Virus record (IMG/VR): IMGVR_UViG_3300011470_000007
From: an uncultured virus (IMG/VR IMGVR_UViG_3300011470_000007)
Taxonomy: Duplodnaviria; Heunggongvirae; Uroviricota; Caudoviricetes
Direction: 5' to 3' (one strand)
Length of the DNA stretch: 64,000 bases
Shown: piece by piece, positions 38,833 to 48,688 of the stretch
How positions within the stretch are numbered: the stretch's first letter is position 1
Layout of the letters: each line of letters opens with the position of its first letter
Notes under the pieces: model-generated
The model's database searches: none
What the model saw: only the letters and a program-made list of their open reading frames with translations
Told to the model about the DNA's origin: nothing
Position numbers and translations under genes: made by a program

Positions 38833-39753
38833 ATGCCTATGCCAGATTTAGCAGGTCAACGCACCATCAAACGCTTCCGTGTCGCCCGTGAAGGCGTCAC
38901 TGTTGATGGCAGAGAAATTACTCGCCAACAAATTATCGATATGGCAAAAGACTATGATCCCGTTGAATATACTGCTCGCATCAATGTTGAGCACACGGGT
39001 GGGTGGAATTTTTTAGGTAATGCAGCCATTCCTGCATTGGGCGATGTGATTGCCTGTGATGCACAGTTAGATACTTATCAAGTTGATGGTAAAGACGTGC
39101 AATTAATGGGCTTATACGCCACTTTGTCCGCATTACCACAATTGGTTGAAGCCAATAAACAAGGCCAGAAACTTTTTACTTCCATTGAGTTCTACCCAAA
39201 ATTTACCGCAACAGGCCGAGCTTACTTAGTTGGTTTGGCAGTGACCGACATTCCTGCAAGTCGTGGCACAGAACCGCTTAAATTTAACAATACCGCAAAT
39301 AACACCCTTTTTTCTGAACATCAGGAACTCACCCTTATGACTACCCAACCCAACCAAACCCAAACACCAACCACCGCTCCTACCGAAGGTCAAGCCCCAA
39401 TCGAACAAGCACCCGTGCCCACTCAAACGCCACAGCCACCAGCTCAGCCACAACAACACAAAGCAGAAGATGGCTTTTTACAAAAAATGGCAAATATGTT
39501 TACCAGCAAATCATCAGGCATGACTAAAGATGAGCAGGACATGGTATTACAAGGGTTTAATACCCTAAATGAAAAAGCCGAATCTAACGCGGCTACCACT
39601 GCCCAAATCGCTGAAAGTGTCACCCAATTAACCGCCACGGTGAACCAGCTTAACCAGAGTTTTGCCAGCTTACAAACCAAGCTGTCCACCGAGCCTGTAC
39701 CGATGACGACCACACCGCCTGCAGGTGTCAGTCATGCCCTCGCCGACTGCTAA
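38833..39753 (+). CDS. Capsid scaffold/protease (gpO)
   Basis: FRVAREG.TVDGREI, QKLFTSIE, YLVGLAVTD.PAS.GTE. Confidence 0.93.
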   Translation: MPMPDLAGQRTIKRFRVAREGVTVDGREITRQQIIDMAKDYDPVEYTARINVEHTGGWNFLGNAAIPALGDVIACDAQLDTYQVDGKDVQLMGLYATLSALPQLVEANKQGQKLFTSIEFYPKFTATGRAYLVGLAVTDIPASRGTEPLKFNNTANNTLFSEHQELTLMTTQPNQTQTPTTAPTEGQAPIEQAPVPTQTPQPPAQPQQHKAEDGFLQKMANMFTSKSSGMTKDEQDMVLQGFNTLNEKAESNAATTAQIAESVTQLTATVNQLNQSFASLQTKLSTEPVPMTTTPPAGVSHALADC

Positions 39754-39792
39754 ACAAATTTTATCACCCTTAAAATCACACAAGGAAAACCC

Positions 39793-40800
39793 ATGGGAAG
39801 TTACGCTTTATCTGCTGCCACCCGTATTGCCCTGCAGCAATACACCCAACAAATTGCCACCATCAACGGTGCCGAAAACTTTGCCACCACCATTGAAGTG
39901 CAGCCCGCGCGTCAACAAACTTTGATTGAGCGTTACCAAGAGGTCACAGACTTTTTAAAACGTATCAACATAGTCACTGTGCAACAAGCGACAGGTGATA
40001 AATTGGGTCTTGGTAACGACCAACGTGTCGCCAGCAATACCGACACCCGCATCCATCCCCGTCGTCCGACGCCGATTGGCAATCTTGAGCATATCGATGA
40101 TTACGTCTGTACTCAGACAGACTACGACGTCGCCTACCTATGGGCAATCATCGACCAATGGGGTGCTTTCCCAGATTTCCAAAAACGCCTGCAAAACCTA
40201 GCCATTAAGCTGGTCGCCCAAGACAAGCAAATGATGGGCTTTAACGGTACTCACCGAGCGAAGACCACTAACAAAACCTTGTATCCAAAATTGCAAGACG
40301 TAAACGTTGGTTGGTTAGAAAAAATCCGTGCCTTTGCCCCAGAGCGTCATATTGATAGCTTAACAATTGGCGCAAGCAAAGAATTTAAAAATATTGATGC
40401 GCTGGTCGAAATGGCAGTCAATGACCTAATCGCCGAACAATTCCGCGACAATAGCGACTTGGTTGTCATTACCTCGCGCGGTCTGGTCACGGATAAATAC
40501 CAAAACCTTATCAATCAAACCTTAGCCCCAACCGAGCAGGTGGCTGCCAATGCCTTATATCAGAAAAAACAGCTTGGTACGTTGCCAGTCGATACACCTG
40601 CGTATTTCCCAGCTAATGGTTTGTTGATTACCAGCTACGACAATCTGTCTATCTATCAACAACGTGGCAGTATGCGTCGTCTTATCAAAGATGAGCCGGA
40701 ATGGAACCGCACCTCTGATTATCAATCAGTGAATGAGTGCTTTGTCGTCGAAGACTATGATAAATGTGCGTTCATCGAAAACCTTGTTATCGAAGCATAA
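39793..40800 (+). CDS. Major capsid protein (gpN)
   Basis: GFNG, LQDVNVGWL, DNLSIY.Q, VVEDY. Confidence 0.95.
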   Translation: MGSYALSAATRIALQQYTQQIATINGAENFATTIEVQPARQQTLIERYQEVTDFLKRINIVTVQQATGDKLGLGNDQRVASNTDTRIHPRRPTPIGNLEHIDDYVCTQTDYDVAYLWAIIDQWGAFPDFQKRLQNLAIKLVAQDKQMMGFNGTHRAKTTNKTLYPKLQDVNVGWLEKIRAFAPERHIDSLTIGASKEFKNIDALVEMAVNDLIAEQFRDNSDLVVITSRGLVTDKYQNLINQTLAPTEQVAANALYQKKQLGTLPVDTPAYFPANGLLITSYDNLSIYQQRGSMRRLIKDEPEWNRTSDYQSVNECFVVEDYDKCAFIENLVIEA

Positions 40801-40811
40801 AGGGGATATTG

Positions 40812-41546
40812 ATGAGCAGCTTACGAGACCATTTTGAACGCGTGCGTGCCGAAAAAGCGGCGCGTCAAGCCAATGCTGACCCCCGACTATCTGCCCGTGG
40901 TCGTCAGTTAAACCGCCCGTTAGGCAATACCATGACCCGTCAAACCGCCCCCGTGCAAGACGCTGAGTACCCCGACGATGATGGAAACCCAGACGCTGGT
41001 AGCCCCATTGAGCTTAAATTTTTCAACGATTGGGAGTCATTACAAGGCATCCAATCGCAGGCCAAAAAGAACGAACTAAAAGCCGACTTTTTACCCTTTT
41101 ACCTACCTTGGATTGATGGCACGTTAGCCGCAGGTGTGAGCGGTCAAAACGATATGCTAGTTCAATTGATGGTCTGGGCACTTGATACCCACGAGTTTGA
41201 TACCGCTACCCGCATTGCAGAGTTTGCGCTACTCAACGACATGGCGATGCCTGAACCCTTTACCCGTGACGTTGCGACGGTGTATGCCGAGCAATTGGCA
41301 TCTGAAGTGACAAAAAAAGCGGATAACCCAAGCGAACACACTGACATTCTGGCAAAAGCAATCGCAGTCACCAACGACCACGATATGCCAGACCCTGTAC
41401 GTGCCAAGTTGTACCGCGCTTATGGCGACGCGTTAAAAGCTGACAAGCCAACGGACGCCATTGCTGCTTATGAAAAAGCAATCGCAATTTACCCTGATGT
41501 TGGTTGCAAAACCGACTTATCAAAACTTAAAGCCGCTCAAGGCTAA
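40812..41546 (+). CDS. Terminase endonuclease subunit (gpM)
   Basis: LQGIQS...K..LK..FLP.Y.PWIDG, DMPDPVRAKLY. Confidence 0.9.
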   Translation: MSSLRDHFERVRAEKAARQANADPRLSARGRQLNRPLGNTMTRQTAPVQDAEYPDDDGNPDAGSPIELKFFNDWESLQGIQSQAKKNELKADFLPFYLPWIDGTLAAGVSGQNDMLVQLMVWALDTHEFDTATRIAEFALLNDMAMPEPFTRDVATVYAEQLASEVTKKADNPSEHTDILAKAIAVTNDHDMPDPVRAKLYRAYGDALKADKPTDAIAAYEKAIAIYPDVGCKTDLSKLKAAQG

Positions 41547-41651
41547 CAGACCCCACCACGGGTAAGGCGGCTTATTAAATTTGTCTGAAAAGTAAATTAA
41601 CTTTTACCAGCACTTTTTTAATAACTACCGCCTTTTTATTTTGGATAACCC

Positions 41652-42194
41652 ATGCTTATCAATCAGCAAATCAATCATGCCGAAGTACCAAATCCGATTA
41701 AGGGCTTGCCATCGGTCTCAACGACAGACTTGGTGCAAATGATGCGTATTGACAAGACAATGGGCAGCGACCGTATTGCAGGCTACATCAGTGATGCCTA
41801 TGACAATATTAATGCACAAATCCCTTACTTGGATGACGACCAGTTTGGCTTTGTTGTGGGCGGTACCTGCGTTTGGGAGTCCGCCCCTGCTTTGATTAGC
41901 CACCACCACCGATTATCATCGAATATTAGGTCAATATTACCCCGCTGGGCTGACGGATTTCTAACGCTTACCCAATTGGTTACTCACCATCGCTGGCAGC
42001 GCACTTATAAGCGCGCGGTTCTCAACGAAGCCGCCGCACTCATGGCCGATAACTACATGGACTTTGACACCATTGGTCAGGGCATCACCCGCGGCAATAA
42101 TGAACAAACCAAATCTGACGCCCTGCGCCGTATCGTCAACCATGCGATTGCTGACTTGACCGGCAAAAGCCGTAACCGTGTGAGGTTGTTATGA
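41652..42194 (+). CDS. Head completion protein (gpL)
   Basis: YKRAV...A.L...Y.DFDT, AIADLTG. Confidence 0.85.
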   Translation: MLINQQINHAEVPNPIKGLPSVSTTDLVQMMRIDKTMGSDRIAGYISDAYDNINAQIPYLDDDQFGFVVGGTCVWESAPALISHHHRLSSNIRSILPRWADGFLTLTQLVTHHRWQRTYKRAVLNEAAALMADNYMDFDTIGQGITRGNNEQTKSDALRRIVNHAIADLTGKSRNRVRLL

Positions 42195-42409
42195 CAATAC
42201 AACGCACCACAGCATCACAACAATTTGACACGCTCGACGCTATTGCTTATCGCTTTTTTGGTAATCAGTCAAACGCATACTTACCAAAAATCGTTGAATT
42301 AAACCCACAATTTACCCCGCTCGCTATTTTACCTATGCGGAGTACCGTGATTTTACCTTTTACGACAACCGTCGCCAACGTGCAGCAACGGTTAAAACTT
42401 TGGGATTGA
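42191..42409 (+). CDS. Tail protein X
   Basis: DTLDAIAYR..G...LNP...LKLWD. Confidence 0.9.
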   Translation: MTIQRTTASQQFDTLDAIAYRFFGNQSNAYLPKIVELNPQFTPLAILPMRSTVILPFTTTVANVQQRLKLWD

Positions 42410-42410
42410 T

Positions 42411-42869
42411 ATGTTAAAAAAATCTAGCCTAATTTTCGACATCATTGGCTGTATGCTTGGATGGAGTATTGTTGCTTTTCTTTGGCTGCTTGCCACGATT
42501 AATCCCGTCTTTGCCTATTCTAACCAGCTATTACCTATTTCTACCATTACCAACGCTATGCTAGTAGCAACGATTATCGGTGCGATTGGTGGTTACCTTG
42601 CATTCGGCGAAGATAAAAAATTCCCCCCATCTGCTACTAGCGTAGGACACGTGCTTTTAGGTTTGGGTGCAGGATTGTTCTTTACCCGTGGCAGTCTTGA
42701 GCTCATGGGTCGTAACAATTCAAGCGAAGACGTGGTTTTGTTCGTTAGCTTTCTTTGGGCTGTCGGTGGATATTTTATTTTGCGGCTATTAATCGCGGTT
42801 GCCAATTCTGATCGTATCAAAGCCATTTTGCCTGATTGGCTTGCCAAATTTATGGGGGTGGATAAATGA
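42411..42869 (+). CDS. Multi-TM protein, probable holin
   Basis: About four TM helices; lysis position. Confidence 0.6.
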   Translation: MLKKSSLIFDIIGCMLGWSIVAFLWLLATINPVFAYSNQLLPISTITNAMLVATIIGAIGGYLAFGEDKKFPPSATSVGHVLLGLGAGLFFTRGSLELMGRNNSSEDVVLFVSFLWAVGGYFILRLLIAVANSDRIKAILPDWLAKFMGVDK

Positions 42870-43195
42870 TTTACCTATTACACGTCGGTTTAATGCTTCT
42901 TAGCATGACCATTTTAACAGCGTTTTTATGGGTGACACGCCGCTATGATGACATCCTCTGGTGGGCACTGCGCTGTTTGTTGCTCCATAGTCTGGTTGCA
43001 GTTGTTTATATGGCATATGACGCCATGCATGCAGGGTTTACGATGTCATTGAGCCTGATTTTGATTCGCTCTGGCTTTGCCACCTTGACCATGGCATTAG
43101 CATTTTTGTGGTTTTTACTGCACTGCGAACGTAAAAATCATCGTCGCCAGCGATTTAATGACCGAATTCAGCAAATTTTTAAGGAGAGCCAATGA
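42866..43195 (+). CDS. Three-TM membrane protein (holin/antiholin candidate)
   Basis: Hydrophobic with basic C-tail; directly before endolysin. Confidence 0.55.
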   Translation: MIYLLHVGLMLLSMTILTAFLWVTRRYDDILWWALRCLLLHSLVAVVYMAYDAMHAGFTMSLSLILIRSGFATLTMALAFLWFLLHCERKNHRRQRFNDRIQQIFKESQ

Positions 43196-43797
43196 GCACA
43201 CCTGCCCACAAAAAAATAACCCTAGCCCAAATCAAAGCCTGTGCCGATAGTCTTGGCGTACCCTTAGCCGCCATGCGTGCTGTGCATGAAGTCGAATCCA
43301 AAGGCGAAGGGTTTTTGTCCACGGGTGAACCTGTGATTTTGTTTGAGCCACATATTTTTTATAAGCGGCTCACCAAAAAAGGCTTGCTTGATATCCGTGC
43401 AAAAGTGATGCGAGAACGTCCAGACCTTTGCTATTCAAAATGGAAACCAAAGTCATATGGTGATGAAGGTAGCTATCAACACCAACGCTTGACCGCCGCC
43501 AGTCAATACCACCGTGAATCTGCCCTCGAGTCTGCCAGCTGGGGATTGGGACAAGTGATGGGCTTTAATTGGAAAGACTTGGGATACCCAACGCTACAAG
43601 CTTTTATCAACGCCCAATACAAAGATGAAGGCGCGCAACTTGACACCATGTGCCGATTTATCCGCCAAAATAAACTTATTGATGCACTAAAAAACAAAGA
43701 CTGGTCAGCGTTTGCCTATCGATATAATGGCGAAAGCTACAGAGCCAATAATTATCATGGCAAACTTGCCGCCGCTTTTAAACAATTTAACGCATGA
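43192..43797 (+). CDS. Endolysin, N-acetylmuramidase (DUF3380-like)
   Basis: VESKG.GF, ILFEPH, SASWGLGQVMGFN, FAYRYNG. Confidence 0.92.
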   Translation: MSTPAHKKITLAQIKACADSLGVPLAAMRAVHEVESKGEGFLSTGEPVILFEPHIFYKRLTKKGLLDIRAKVMRERPDLCYSKWKPKSYGDEGSYQHQRLTAASQYHRESALESASWGLGQVMGFNWKDLGYPTLQAFINAQYKDEGAQLDTMCRFIRQNKLIDALKNKDWSAFAYRYNGESYRANNYHGKLAAAFKQFNA

Positions 43798-44204
43798 AAT
43801 ACCTAATCGATCTTAAAAACGACCTGCTGGCACAGTTTAAGCCGATTACCGCCGACAAAACCTTTTTACAGCTCGTCAACGGCAATCTGCCGCCAGAGAC
43901 GCAAACGGTCAGTTATATTGCCCGCTTTATTTTTACTGATTGCAAACTTGCCGAGCCGTTTGCCGTGTTGGCATTTATCCGTCAGTGGTTTGACGCACGG
44001 GGGCGCAGTGTTCCCGAGCTAAGTTTTGATTGCGATGTCATCGACTTGGAGTCTTACGACTTGCAGATTGATATTAGTCTAAACGACAAGCTCACTTTTA
44101 TTGCCATCGATACGGTAGCCGTTTGTCCTGAGCTGGTGTGGTCGGATGAAGCAGGGACGTTTATTAGCAGTAGTATTTTGGCAGGCGATTTTATAGATGA
44201 GTGA
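43794..44204 (+). CDS. Tail completion protein (gpR-like)
   Basis: Synteny; DLQIDISL motif. Confidence 0.7.
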   Translation: MKYLIDLKNDLLAQFKPITADKTFLQLVNGNLPPETQTVSYIARFIFTDCKLAEPFAVLAFIRQWFDARGRSVPELSFDCDVIDLESYDLQIDISLNDKLTFIAIDTVAVCPELVWSDEAGTFISSSILAGDFIDE

Positions 44205-44250
44205 TTTTGGATGAGTGATTTTGGATGAGTGATTTTGGATGAGTGATTTT
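44196..44250 (+). repeat. 14-bp tandem repeat GATGAGTGATTTTG x~4
   Basis: Units start at 44196, 44210, 44224, 44238. Confidence 0.95.
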
Positions 44251-44691
44251 AGCGGACTGACCGACTGGTTACAGCGGATTGACACACAGCTCGACGACGG
44301 TCAAAAACAAGCGTTAATGCGCCGCATTACCACCCGACTAAAACAACAATGGTCGCAGCGCATCCGCTCGCAAGTCGACCCAAGCGGCGCAGGTTTTATC
44401 CCAAGAAAAGCCAAGGGGCGTAAGTTTCGTAGCAAACGTGTCAAGACGGGTGCAATGTTTACCCGTGCTAGTCGTATGTTGAAAACCGCTTACAGCGCGC
44501 ATCATGCTGAGATTGGTTTTGCAGGGCGATTGGCACAGATTATGGCAGTGCATCAATACGGACAAGTCGCCAGACCGTCGCCGACCGTCCGCCCTGTCCA
44601 GTATGCAGTACGTGAAACGGTGGGATTTAGTAGCGAGGATGAGCAGCTTATCATCGAAGAATTTGAGAATTTTTTTATGAATCTTAACTGA
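44239..44691 (+). CDS. Tail completion protein (gpS)
   Basis: QRIRSQ.DP.G..F.PRK, AVHQYG. Confidence 0.88.
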   Translation: MSDFSGLTDWLQRIDTQLDDGQKQALMRRITTRLKQQWSQRIRSQVDPSGAGFIPRKAKGRKFRSKRVKTGAMFTRASRMLKTAYSAHHAEIGFAGRLAQIMAVHQYGQVARPSPTVRPVQYAVRETVGFSSEDEQLIIEEFENFFMNLN

Positions 44692-44699
44692 AGGAAAAT

Positions 44700-44891
44700 A
44701 TGCAAGATTATCGTTGCAATGTCTGCGAAAAATTACTTTTTCGCATGACTGGTGAGGCAGTGGTCGCCGTTAAATGTCCACGATGCAAGGCTTTAAATAC
44801 TTTCAAGAATGCCATCGAGCGTCCAAACCATGAGCGTCCAGAACGCCTTAATCAATCCAAAGGACGCAGTCATGACAAAAATTCCCTATAG
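44700..44891 (+). CDS. Com-family zinc-finger regulator
   Basis: RCNVCEKLL...KCPRCKALN; overlaps MTase start. Confidence 0.85.
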   Translation: MQDYRCNVCEKLLFRMTGEAVVAVKCPRCKALNTFKNAIERPNHERPERLNQSKGRSHDKNSL

Positions 44892-45711
44892 TAAAGCCCC
44901 GCTATCATTTATTGGGCAAAAACGTAATTTTATCAAAGCATTTCGCCATATTATTAACGCCAATATCATTGATGATGGTGAGGGTTGGACAGTGGTAGAT
45001 GTGTTCGGTGGCAGTGGTTTACTCGCTCATAACGCCAAGTATTTACTACCAAGAGCTACGGTGATTTACAACGATTTTGATGGCTATGTTGACCGCCTTA
45101 ATTATATCGAGGATACCGAGCGACTACGCCAACAAATTTATAGTGCCATTGAACATTTGCCACGGCAAAAAGCATTATCGCAAAATGACAAAGAAGTGGT
45201 TATTGGTATCATAAAATCCTTTGATGGATTTATTGATGTGCATAGCGTAGCAAACTGGTTATTGTTTAGTGGGAAGCAAGTCCGCACACTTGATGAATTA
45301 TATAGCAACACTTTTTATAACACCGTACGCCGTAGCCCCTATGAGCAAGCAACTGGCTATTTGGATGGATTGGTTGTCACGACAGAATCCTATACAACGC
45401 TAATGGCAAGATATAAAGACCAGCCAAAAACCCTATTTTTGCTAGACCCACCTTATCTTTACACAGGGCAAGGGGCATATAACCAAGAAAAATATTTTGC
45501 GATGGTCGACTTTCTATATTTGATGAGTTTGACTCGTCCGCCCTATATTTTCTTTAGTTCGACCAAGTCCGAGCTAATGGATTATTTGGATTATCTCAAA
45601 CAACTAAATAATGACGATTGGCAAAGGCTGGGATGTTTTGAGCGTGTCACCATTCAGGCTCATGTCAATCATGAACGAGCTTATGAAGATAATATGATTT
45701 ATCGTTTCTAA
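44872..45711 (+). CDS. DNA adenine methyltransferase
   Basis: KAPL.FIGQKR, DVFGGSG (SAM binding), DPPY. Confidence 0.92.
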   Translation: MTKIPYSKAPLSFIGQKRNFIKAFRHIINANIIDDGEGWTVVDVFGGSGLLAHNAKYLLPRATVIYNDFDGYVDRLNYIEDTERLRQQIYSAIEHLPRQKALSQNDKEVVIGIIKSFDGFIDVHSVANWLLFSGKQVRTLDELYSNTFYNTVRRSPYEQATGYLDGLVVTTESYTTLMARYKDQPKTLFLLDPPYLYTGQGAYNQEKYFAMVDFLYLMSLTRPPYIFFSSTKSELMDYLDYLKQLNNDDWQRLGCFERVTIQAHVNHERAYEDNMIYRF

Positions 45712-45859
45712 TCTTGTTTTTAACCAATAAAAACGTGTCGCAGTGGACACGTTTTTTATGCAAACAAGACTGGCTATCCTTTGCCACCAGAGTGATACTG
45801 TCGCTACACCCAACGGCAACCGCCTGAAATCGGAAGCCCTAAAAAAAAGGAAAACCACG

Positions 45860-46117
45860 ATGAAAACTTTAAAATCTAGCCAATATACCATTTACATTAA
45901 CGGCTCAAACGTTACCCTTGTAGACAACCACAGCCGACTACCACAGAGCCTATCAAACCTAATTATTTCTACCCACGACATTTTGTTTTATATGGCAACT
46001 CAAGCCATGAGCAACGACGAAAAAGCCGACCGCCTAAAACAGCTTATTATCGGTACGCACGATGATAACCTTGACCGACTGAACAAAATCACTTACCAAG
46101 ATTTTAAAATCGCCTAA
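45860..46117 (+). CDS. Hypothetical protein, 85 aa
   Basis: AAGGA RBS; upstream inverted repeat near 45729-45757. Confidence 0.55.
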   Translation: MKTLKSSQYTIYINGSNVTLVDNHSRLPQSLSNLIISTHDILFYMATQAMSNDEKADRLKQLIIGTHDDNLDRLNKITYQDFKIA

Positions 46118-46132
46118 TTATCCCTAACCATA

Positions 46133-46163
46133 AAAAGACCGCAATTATTGATTGCGGTCTTTT
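46133..46163. promoter_or_regulatory. Second AAAAGACCGCAA-N7-TTGCGGTCTTTT palindrome upstream of gpV
   Basis: Arms identical to 38711-38741. Confidence 0.65.
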
Positions 46164-46222
46164 GCTTATTTTACCCATTGCTCACTCATGCCACACTTTA
46201 CCCAATCCTTAGGTACTGAGCC

Positions 46223-46777
46223 ATGACTGCGCAAATTTTATCCGAACAACAACGCCGCTTACATAACATTGCCACCATTGGCACTGTGTTTGACGTCAAC
46301 CCAGACGACCAAACCATGCGCCTAGACGTCGGCGATAACCAAACCGACTGGCTGCCTATACCCGCCTTGGCGGCTGGACAAGTACGTGTATGGCGTTGCC
46401 CATCCGTTGGTGAACAATTTTTGTTAGTCAGTCCAAGTGGTGAGCTTGCCAACGCTATCCCTGTTTTATCGCTTTACAGCAATCAACACCCAAGCCCAAG
46501 CACAGATGAAAACGAAATTCGCGTCCAATTTAATGACCAGGATTATCTCAGTGTCAAAACAGACGATAGCGACCTTACTATCAAAATTACCAATACCACC
46601 ATCATTTCTGAAGGTAGTATCACGCTTGATACGCCAACTGTTACGATGACAGGAAATTTGGAAGTTGATGAATCCATCCATGCTAAAAAAGATATTGTTG
46701 CTGGCGTCATCAGTCTTATAAAACACTTGCACGGCAAAGTCATGGGCGGTAACTCTACCACAGGAGCACCGCAATGA
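46223..46777 (+). CDS. Baseplate spike (gpV)
   Basis: TDWLP...AG....W.CPSVGEQ...SPSG; HLH tip. Confidence 0.92.
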   Translation: MTAQILSEQQRRLHNIATIGTVFDVNPDDQTMRLDVGDNQTDWLPIPALAAGQVRVWRCPSVGEQFLLVSPSGELANAIPVLSLYSNQHPSPSTDENEIRVQFNDQDYLSVKTDDSDLTIKITNTTIISEGSITLDTPTVTMTGNLEVDESIHAKKDIVAGVISLIKHLHGKVMGGNSTTGAPQ

Positions 46778-47157
46778 TGGATATCAATTTTGCCATGGGC
46801 ATGAGCCGTACCACGGGCGCACTATTATCACCTGACAACCATCTAAAACAATCCATCTACGATGTGTTGATGACCCCGATTGGCAGCCGTTTGCTGCGCC
46901 GTGAGTATGGCAGTTTGATTCCGTTTTTGATTGACCAGCCAGTGAACCCAGCGACCAAACTAAAAATGATGGCAGCCATTGCCACCGCTATTATCAAATG
47001 GGAACCACGGGTCAAAGTACGTCAAGTCCAATTATCCATGAATACGGACGCTACCAATGACACAGGCAACACAGGCGTTAACGTATTACTAGATTTGCGC
47101 CGTAGCGACAATACCAAATTGCCTACCACTTTGACACTGGCACGGGGGGCATCATGA
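46774..47157 (+). CDS. Baseplate wedge (gpW)
   Basis: HLKQSI.D.L.TPIGSR..RREYGS, WEPR. Confidence 0.93.
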   Translation: MMDINFAMGMSRTTGALLSPDNHLKQSIYDVLMTPIGSRLLRREYGSLIPFLIDQPVNPATKLKMMAAIATAIIKWEPRVKVRQVQLSMNTDATNDTGNTGVNVLLDLRRSDNTKLPTTLTLARGAS

Positions 47158-48107
47158 GCGGCTATACCAACAGCTATAATGCCATCAATTTAGCAGGATT
47201 GCCCTTGCCAAACGTGCTAGAGCCGATAGACTTTGAGCTTGAGGTCACCCGTATTCGTGCCGAGCTATCTGCAAAATTTGCCGATGATCATCCCATTCAA
47301 GCCGCATTAAGCCTTGAATCCGAGCCGATTAACAAAATTATCGAAGTCCTCGCCTACCGCTATGTATTAAAGGTTAGCGAAATTAATCGCAAAGCCCGTA
47401 GCTTGATGTTGGCATTCGCTACAGGGTCAGACCTTGACCACATTGGCGTAACCTATTACCGCCTCGAGCGAAAACTCATTCAAGCCGAGGACAAAACCGC
47501 CATCCCACCAAAACCCGCTATTTATGAAAGCGATGACGACTACCGCTACCGCCTAGCCTTGTCCGTTGAAGCGATGACCATGGCAGGGTCTGCAGGTAGT
47601 TATGAATTTCATGCCTTGTCAGCCAGTGCCGAAGTGCACAGTGTGACCGTCTATAGCCCTGCTCCTACTGAAGTGGATGTTTATTTGGCGGGGCAAATTG
47701 ATGGCGACGTACTTGTGCAAGCAAACAAGACTGTAGGCGTGTCTGCCCAAGCGGTGACTGATGTATATAACGCGCTTGTCGCCGATGACGTGCGACCTTT
47801 AACGGATTTAGTGCGTGTCAACTCTGCTACCGCCAAAGCCTACCGTATCGATGCTGTCGTCTATGTCAAAAATGGGATTAGCCCACAGTTGATTTTGAGC
47901 CAAGGCATGACCGCATTACGCCAATATTTGACAGAAAATTTTAAACCAAACGCGCGCGTGGCAACCAGCCGTATCATTGGGGCGTTAGACGTGATGGGTG
48001 TTAGTCGCATTGAACTCAACGAACCAAAAACCGATGTCATGACCGCCATTGGCGAAGTGGCTCATTGCACAGGCTATAACATCATTGCCAAATCGGAGGG
48101 TACATGA
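47154..48107 (+). CDS. Baseplate assembly protein (gpJ)
   Basis: LESEP, ATGSDLD, AGSAGSYEFHA, VRPLTD. Confidence 0.93.
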   Translation: MSGYTNSYNAINLAGLPLPNVLEPIDFELEVTRIRAELSAKFADDHPIQAALSLESEPINKIIEVLAYRYVLKVSEINRKARSLMLAFATGSDLDHIGVTYYRLERKLIQAEDKTAIPPKPAIYESDDDYRYRLALSVEAMTMAGSAGSYEFHALSASAEVHSVTVYSPAPTEVDVYLAGQIDGDVLVQANKTVGVSAQAVTDVYNALVADDVRPLTDLVRVNSATAKAYRIDAVVYVKNGISPQLILSQGMTALRQYLTENFKPNARVATSRIIGALDVMGVSRIELNEPKTDVMTAIGEVAHCTGYNIIAKSEGT

Positions 48108-48676
48108 TTTATACCGCCGACCCTACCCAGCCACCAATGGCTATCAATGATCGCTATCAATCGCTACTCCCCGCCAATAGCCGTCAACTGGAGCATGCGC
48201 TAGCAGGCGCAACCGCCAAGCTTGAGCCAATACCAGTACCGTTTGACACTATCTGGGACGTAGACACCGCCCCCGATAGTTTGTTGCCTTACCTTGCCTA
48301 TGCTTGGAGCGTGGACGAATGGAACGACAACTGGACAGCCGAGACCAAACGCCAAGTCATCCGTGACAGTCTTTGGGTGCATGAGCGTAAAGGAACACTT
48401 AGTGCCGTCAAACGCTCACTGGCAGCCATGAATTATGACGCTAGCATCATTGAGTGGTTTCAAAAATCACCACGTGGCAAGGCAGGTACTTTTAGCGTCG
48501 AGGTACACCCCACCACGGGTATTATCGCTGACAATATTTTACAGATACGAGCCATGATAGACGCGGTCAAACGCTTATCCGCTCACTACGACGTTTATCT
48601 AGGTTACACCTTACCCGCTGTTATTGCTGCCTATGCCGTCCCCGTGGTCGGCGTTGAACTTACTGTTTCCACCTAA
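48104..48676 (+). CDS. Tail protein I (gpI)
   Basis: SLLPAN, LLPYLAYAWSVDEW, H.RKGT. Confidence 0.93.
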   Translation: MIYTADPTQPPMAINDRYQSLLPANSRQLEHALAGATAKLEPIPVPFDTIWDVDTAPDSLLPYLAYAWSVDEWNDNWTAETKRQVIRDSLWVHERKGTLSAVKRSLAAMNYDASIIEWFQKSPRGKAGTFSVEVHPTTGIIADNILQIRAMIDAVKRLSAHYDVYLGYTLPAVIAAYAVPVVGVELTVST

Positions 48677-48688
48677 CTAAAGGACTTT

